Assembly: GCA_030248215.1 (NCBI GenBank)
Contig: JASANG010001737.1
Span: 124,001-188,000, forward strand
Source of the DNA: Enoplolaimus lenunculus
Taxonomy: Eukaryota
Direction of reading: 5' to 3'
DNA length: 64,000 nt
Positions 57,516 through 64,000 of this stretch are shown here, piece after piece (the stretch's first letter is position 1; every line of letters starts with the position of its first letter). The notes below the pieces were generated by a model. It worked only from the letters and a program-made list of their open reading frames with translations. It was not told where the DNA came from and made no database searches. The position numbers were made by a program, and so were the translations under genes.

Positions 57516-60423
57516 GTTTCGTTTTCGAAAGGTACTGAAATATGCAGTATTTCGTGACATGATTCTCCAGCTAATCTGTGGCCAACTTGTCCCGTCTTGG
57601 CATCTGATGACCGCTGGATGATTGAAAATTTAGATTTGGCTAGACATCGTTGATGTATCGGTCTAGTATATAAGTTGAGATTGAAATCGAAACTCAATTT
57701 TTCAGATTTAAATATATGTGGTGCCAGGGGTTCTATCGCTGTGAAAAAATTGTCTTGACACTTCCAAAGTTACAGCCCCGCCACCAGGAATGGTTACGAA
57801 AGGTGCCAATAACATTTTCAAAGGCAATTTTTTAACGCAGTTGAAAGTAGCTTCGGCAACGGTGATGAAGTTGTTTGGAGAAGACTTCGCGTCCCTCTCA
57901 ACCAACGCAGTTGCGGCGTTTCGATATTATAAAGAAAAACAAGTACTTAATCGAAATCTTTATACATTATTGATTACAAAGATATTTATATATTTTATCG
58001 GGCTTGTACCCATGGGCAGGGGGCTCAGATCCTCCCCCCCCCTGGAGTAATATTGCTCCCTTAGAAAATTTTCAGCCTGGCTTGTAAGTTATCGAAAACC
58101 TTGTATATCGTCCTGAAAAATGTTGCACCCCCAGCAAGGTGAGCTAGCTACGGGCTTTTATTTTATTCGAAATAAATATATTAAATAAAACATTTCTCAG
58201 TAAAAGTTAATCAATTATAGACTCTTGGGCATTGTTTGATTTTCCCGTCTAAGAACGGTTATGCAAAATTTGATGCTAATTTTGACATCTGAAAAACAAG
58301 ATCAACTTTTAAAGCTTTGAGTAAATTGAATTCATCGTTATACACTGCCAGAATATGGACAGGGGGCTAACACCTTCTCAAAATATAGCGCAAATTCCAT
58401 ATTTGGAAGATAACGAAAAAATTTTGTGTGCTGACTGAAAATGTGCTTTCAGAAGTAATTTTTAAAACAAAACCAATATATATTCAGACTATAAATATCC
58501 GTGGGCAACAGAAATATTTGTAGGCACATTGATTGCCTTCAAAGCCCCGTTCGAAAACTCAGTTTTATTATTGAATTTGCGTTCAAAACAAATTCTATAT
58601 GGTCACAATAACACGAGTCTCGTAAAAGTTTCAAAAGTTGGAAATTTTAGTGTAAAAAATATTAACGTTCCAAATATATTGATTTTACAGTCGTATATCG
58701 AAAAAGCCTTGGTACTGTTGTTTTCGGAAAATCTTAAACGATTCGTTGCTCAGCGATAACAAAACATTTGTGGCATTTAGTAAAAAACAGTTTTTATAAA
58801 ATAGTTTTTTTTTAACATAATAATTAACCATTTTTCACTCATTCGACTGCAATTTTCAATTGTGTCAGATTCTGGTGCGATTAAGCTTAAGATAAGAGTT
58901 ACGCTTAAGCTTGCGTGTGTGAAAATGAACAATATTGTAATATTCAGTGTTACAATTTACCCAATCAATGACTTGAAATGGTGTAACGTCAGGGTTCAAA
59001 GAAACCATTCCATAGTTACATGCCTCATTCGTTTGATTTTGGTTAATCAAGAGTGTCCTGATCTTGGACAAGAGTGTGCAAGTCTCTGATGATTTCACGT
59101 GCTACAAAATATACCACCCCGCGTTGTGTTTTTCCTGCACCCCCCATTATTTAAGCGAGGTCGGGGACACATTATGTGATATACATGAAATATATGAAGA
59201 AAAATTCTATTGCTAAGATTATGACCGAAGCGCCTTTTCGCCATTGGCATATTATGTATTTCCTTCGTCTGCGCAAATTTCAACCGCCCGCTCTCTATAT
59301 CAGAGGATGTAGGCCAAAAATGCAACGCGTGCTTGAAACATTCTTTTCTCCACACAATATATCCACTTGCGCACTGTTGTCACAGCGCTAATCATTCACT
59401 CTTGGTTCAATACATGGGACTTAGGCCTGATAATTAATTGTATTTAAAACTTTTATTTGATTTCAAATTTACCTCTTCGCGTTTTCTGTTGCAGAGGTAC
59501 CAGCTATATTAACTGTTAGTTGCTCAAGAGTCAAGACAACTCATTTGTGAAAACTAAACTTTACGGCAGATTTTTTCTGCATATTTTGATTAGGAAAAAT
59601 GTAATTTAGTTAATATAACTAAATATTGTCGAAAACTAACTTACTTTCACGGCCAAGCTATAGGGCACTTATGTATGGTTAGTTACGCAATGTATACAAA
59701 ACTTTGGCTATCTGTACAAGGAATGCCTAAACCTCGTCAAATTCTAGGTCCCGAAAAAAAACTAGGGCGTCCCTAAATTTAACATGAACCATATATAGTG
59801 CCTATTAAAACGGCTCAACAACAAAAACGGATTAAATCTACTAATGACACCTGTTCTAACTGATACAATGTGTCTCTAAACTTGAACGTATTGTTGAGTT
59901 TAATGAAAAAATTCTTACTTAGTATCTTTAACATAAATTACAGCATCATTATTGTTCATGCGTTCCGGCAGCTGTGTGCAAGTGATTGGCGACCGCAACA
60001 CGCTGGGTTTCATCAGCATTTTTATATTAAAGTACATAGGGTAAAAACCGAAAAATTTACATCTCTTGCATTATATCTTATATTAATTTTCTTAATAACA
60101 CCCTATGCTTGCATATTTTAATTTAAAATTTTAGAGACGTTCAGCGCTCATGACATTAACACACAAATATTGTTTTGGTCAAATATTCTTTTTTTCTGAC
60201 GACTAATTAAAATAATATTCGCATATTTTAATTGAAAGAACAGATCGCGAAAAATTTAATAATCTCAAACTTTCAAATATGAAATCTAAACGTCATGACA
60301 TGGTCGGTCTTATATTAATCAAAATGTATTTTCGTCAAGACGTATTCTCAACGGTGTATAGCGTACATCACCATTTGGCGATAGCAAGGCTAGAAACACT
60401 CCGGTGTCGTCTGTAAGGCAAAT

Positions 60424-60705
60424 TTAACCCTTTCCAGCACATAGTGTACTGTGAGCGACTAATTGCACTTGTAAGTTATACACGTGCAATAAAATTGATA
60501 CAATGTAATGTTCTGTGTTAAACTATTAATACACATACACGTAGTGCAAAATTTCTTTAAAACGTGAGAGCACCCTTGGGTTCGAGCGTCAAGCTGCTAT
60601 ATCTGACTGTTTACAGCAAATGTTTCTCGAGAGACCAACGGTCAAATGAAAGCTGTAAAATTGGCGTCTGAAGAAATACAAAATATCCATACAGGAAAGG
60701 GTTAA
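60424..60705. mobile_element. piggyBac-like MITE
   Basis: TTAA-CCCTTTCC...GGAAAGGG-TTAA; shares internal GTGAGAGC...TCGAGCGTCAAGCT with 56576-56846. Confidence 0.7.
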
Positions 60706-61115
60706 AGAACTAAGAATCGAGATTGAACTAAAACTAATGTTTTCAAGAAATGAACAAAAATGCTTCAAATGCACAAAAATTAGTCATGTACCTGACCAAT
60801 TTCACAAAAATACAAATTCTGACCGAAGCGAAAAATATGAAAATTGTCTTTTTTCAATGCAGTTTTATTATATTTTAAGGACTGGCACAAAGGGCGCTGC
60901 AGATACGCCTGTGGGCCTAAAAATGGCGCATGATGCCGTTTTTGTTTTATAATCAATCCGGGACTGGGTGATGAAAGTCACATTTATGCATCGTCTACTT
61001 TATCTTGTGTCTGCTGTGTGGAAATTTCCAACGCCAATCATGCAATTCAGCTGTATCGCAATCTGATTTGAAAGTTTTTAATTTCGAAACTTTCAAAACA
61101 TCATTCATGTACAAC

Positions 61116-61328
61116 TACACTGCAAAAAATGGTGAGTCAAATTGACTCTCTCCGAAATAGGCTCTACGGGACTACACAAACTGAGTCAAATTCGACTCCG
61201 CCAGAGTCAAATTCGGCTCACTAAATCGCACGTTCGACTCTGGCGGAGTTGAATTTGACTCACTTTGTGTAGTACCGTGGAGCCTATTTCGGAGAGAGTC
61301 AATTTGACTCACCATTTTTTGCAGTGTA
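61116..61328. mobile_element. near-perfect palindromic MITE, TA-flanked
   Basis: TACACTGCAAAAAATGGTGAGTCAAATTGACTCTC...GAGAGTCAATTTGACTCACCATTTTTTGCAGTGTA; ~95-bp arms. Confidence 0.9.
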
Positions 61329-63184
61329 TGAAGTTAAAGTTATATATCTCTGAGGTTCCTTGGCAATGTTAGCAAACGCTGTACAACTGGTCTTGGAATT
61401 CAATATTAACATTGTTGCGTTGAATACAAGCGGTAAACAAACTAATAACCTTTATTCTGCTAAGCTTCCATACAAAGCGCTCAATTCAAAAACGTTTCGA
61501 TATATCAAGAAAATTCGTTAATATTAATGAATAAAAAATGGGCTCTCGTACAGTTTTCTTGGCACATTTTGGCGGCCATAGTTATGTGTGAATACGTCAT
61601 CAAAAACATATCAACTTTATATAATTTCAGAACAAAATTGAGCGTATGTACGACTGACAAAATACATAAAAGTTAACAAAAAATGATTTTCGAACGCTTT
61701 TTTTCTTATTCTTAGAAACAGGTTTTCCGCTTCCGGTTCTTGTACACATTTCCGCCACATATAAAACTTTGTTTCATTAAAGTCTTATTGGACTGCACCC
61801 CAGAACGCCCAGCGACCTAAATAAGGCATTTTGTGTATGGGGTGGCCGTCTGCTAAACAATAACAGTAAGCAATTTATTATTGCAACAGCACTTGTATTA
61901 AATGAGGTACTTTGATTTTTTTTGCTCTTTTTTCGCTTTGTGCGCGCGTCTTGGATGTGGCAGACTTCCATTCTGTTTGGATTCGTTTGAAGTGGCGGGA
62001 AAGGGGTTCACGGGGCCGCAGCCCTTGTACCGAAATTTAATTTTAGTCAAACTTAGCTTTTATAGCTTTTTATATATAATGGGGGAAGTAAGGCTGTTCC
62101 TACGCACGGCCGGACCGGCCACCTCCTCATACCCTCCGTTTTAGGAGCACCCCACCGCTAAAGGAACCCCTACCATAATGGGTTGAACAAAACCGCCCAA
62201 GTTTTAAAATGCGTCTGGCTTCTCGCTCGTTTCGCTCGGGAGTTTGGTGGTTCCCCACACCTGTTTGCTCCGGCAGTGTTCCTAAGCTTAAATAGAAACC
62301 GGACAAGAACCAATTTATTTGTTTGAGATATTTTTTAGTTGCATACATATATACAAATCATTGTTCTGAAATTAAATTTGATCTGTTATTTATAGCGCGC
62401 CGATAACGATCACCTAGAGATTTAGGCACTCCTAATTGTGGAAAAAAGCTTCAGACGGTTTTCCATGAATGATTTTTCTTCAAACGCTAATTTCGATCAA
62501 CCCATGCAATTAATATTTCAAAGTGTCATGGCCTCCGTATAAGGATTTGCAAGCATTACAGACGCTGGGTGTAAAACAAGAGTACCGTAATACTTCAATA
62601 CTGTAGTGACCCGAAGAAGAGGGGGCTGATATATATTTGGCCTCTCCAGAGGGTGCCCATCATTGTTATTCGGTTACGGACTGTTATCTATTTTTAACCA
62701 ACGCTCCGCCGCCCTTCGTTACTGATATATATCCGGTACTGCAATTATCCGTTGAATTAAACGTTTATTTGTCTTGTGTCAAGAGCTTGAGCCATACTAC
62801 AAAGTTATACTTAGGAATGTACTTTCAAAATTTAAGTACGCTTTAAAGTTTCGGACTCAAATTATTTGGTCCTGGAGTCATTTATGCGCTAAAATTAGGA
62901 TTAATTGACATTTATGGACTCTAATAATCGTGAAATTTTAAGATAATTAATTTTGCCTATAGACTGGCCGTAGCTTCGTTGGCCCAGAAACAATTTTAGA
63001 ATTGCATAATAAATCGAAAATGAATATACACAATAACCAATTTATTGAATTCTTGCTTAAGGATTTCTCCAAATCAGTTGCGTCGTTTCGCTTGTTTTAT
63101 ACTTTACTGCAATGTTTTTCCTGTATAGACTTTTGCATTTCCGTATCAGCTATGATGATGATGATGATGATTACTACTCACGCA

Positions 63185-63344
63185 CAGTGGCGGATCCAGG
63201 ATCTCAAAATGGGGGGGGGGGGGGCAAAATTTACCAGGTAATAAACTTATTTTTGACCCACACACAAACCACGAACTATTGTCACAAAATTGCTAAGTAT
63301 ATTTGGGGGGGCACGGCCGGGGTGGCCCCATGGATCCGCCATTG
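63185..63344 (+). mobile_element. hAT-like MITE, uninterrupted copy
   Basis: CAGTGGCGGATCCA...TGGATCCGCCATTG termini; body matches 3008-3404. Confidence 0.75.
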
Positions 63345-64000
63345 CCGCAGTATAATTATTATACATCTGGAAACCGAGCTCTTTCTTTTTATATATAAAA
63401 TTTGTTCCTTCTTTGAGTTGCGTTTGCGAGACCAGGCGAAACCGATTCGAAAGGTAACAGTTTGAATATAATGATTATACAATCCAAGCTGCAAAGTTTC
63501 CCCTCAACCATTTGGAAAAATTAGTACAGGGGGGGGCAAGAATATGAAGGTATGGAATATTTTTGCAACATAAAACTCTTTCCAGGGTGAATTATAATTT
63601 TTACGCTCCACAAAGAAAATAATTTACGCAGTACAAGAGAACATCTTAGCCGGGTATATACACTGTTACGGTTTGCCTGATACAGTTTACGCTTATGCTT
63701 AGGTTTAGGATTGTTGATAGTCGTGTGTTGCTTACCATTTGTTGGTGGTAGGTAAAACTGTTTTTATTAATTTACTAATATAGGTATTTCAAAAGTTTTA
63801 AATGTCATCGCGACTGGGTTTAGGTTTAGACTGAAGCTCACGCGTTATCTAAGGCTTTGGTTTGCTCATCAGATTGCCTATAGTCTAATGTTAGTTAAGC
63901 CACGCTTAGAGATTATCCTACTCTCAAAAACCTTAAACCTAAATTACAGCTTAAGTAAATCCTGAACATGAGTAAAAGTAAAACTTTAAGTGGCTGGACA

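Overview
This is AT-rich, repeat-dense, intron-rich animal (invertebrate-like) genomic DNA; the species cannot be named from the sequence alone. I reconstructed three protein-coding loci by hand. (1) An AMP-activated protein kinase gamma subunit gene (+, 13 coding exons, 23132-38382, 1069 aa) whose first exon encodes a 748-aa low-complexity N-terminal extension. (2) A small spliced glutaredoxin-fold gene (+, exons 50870-51915, plus a probable signal-peptide exon at 46000-46075) with a non-canonical C-A-W-A active site. (3) The last exon of a neuropeptide-precursor-like gene (-, 53372-53833) with nine basic-flanked FRF(V/I/M/F/T) peptides. A 4.1-kb element at 46272-50408 has ~1.7-kb near-identical inverted arms, AGTAGT...ACTACT ends and a 6-bp target duplication, the hallmarks of a non-autonomous Polinton/Maverick; a tRNA-derived SINE and MITE pieces are mirrored in both arms. 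The rest consists of Helentron/DINE-1-like (HINE) elements, several MITE families (hAT-, Tc1/mariner-, piggyBac-, Harbinger- and Merlin-like), two abutting tandem arrays (191 bp x5, 126 bp x7) and microsatellites. Most short ORFs in the supplied track are spurious. All family assignments come from recognising motifs by eye; no searches were run.
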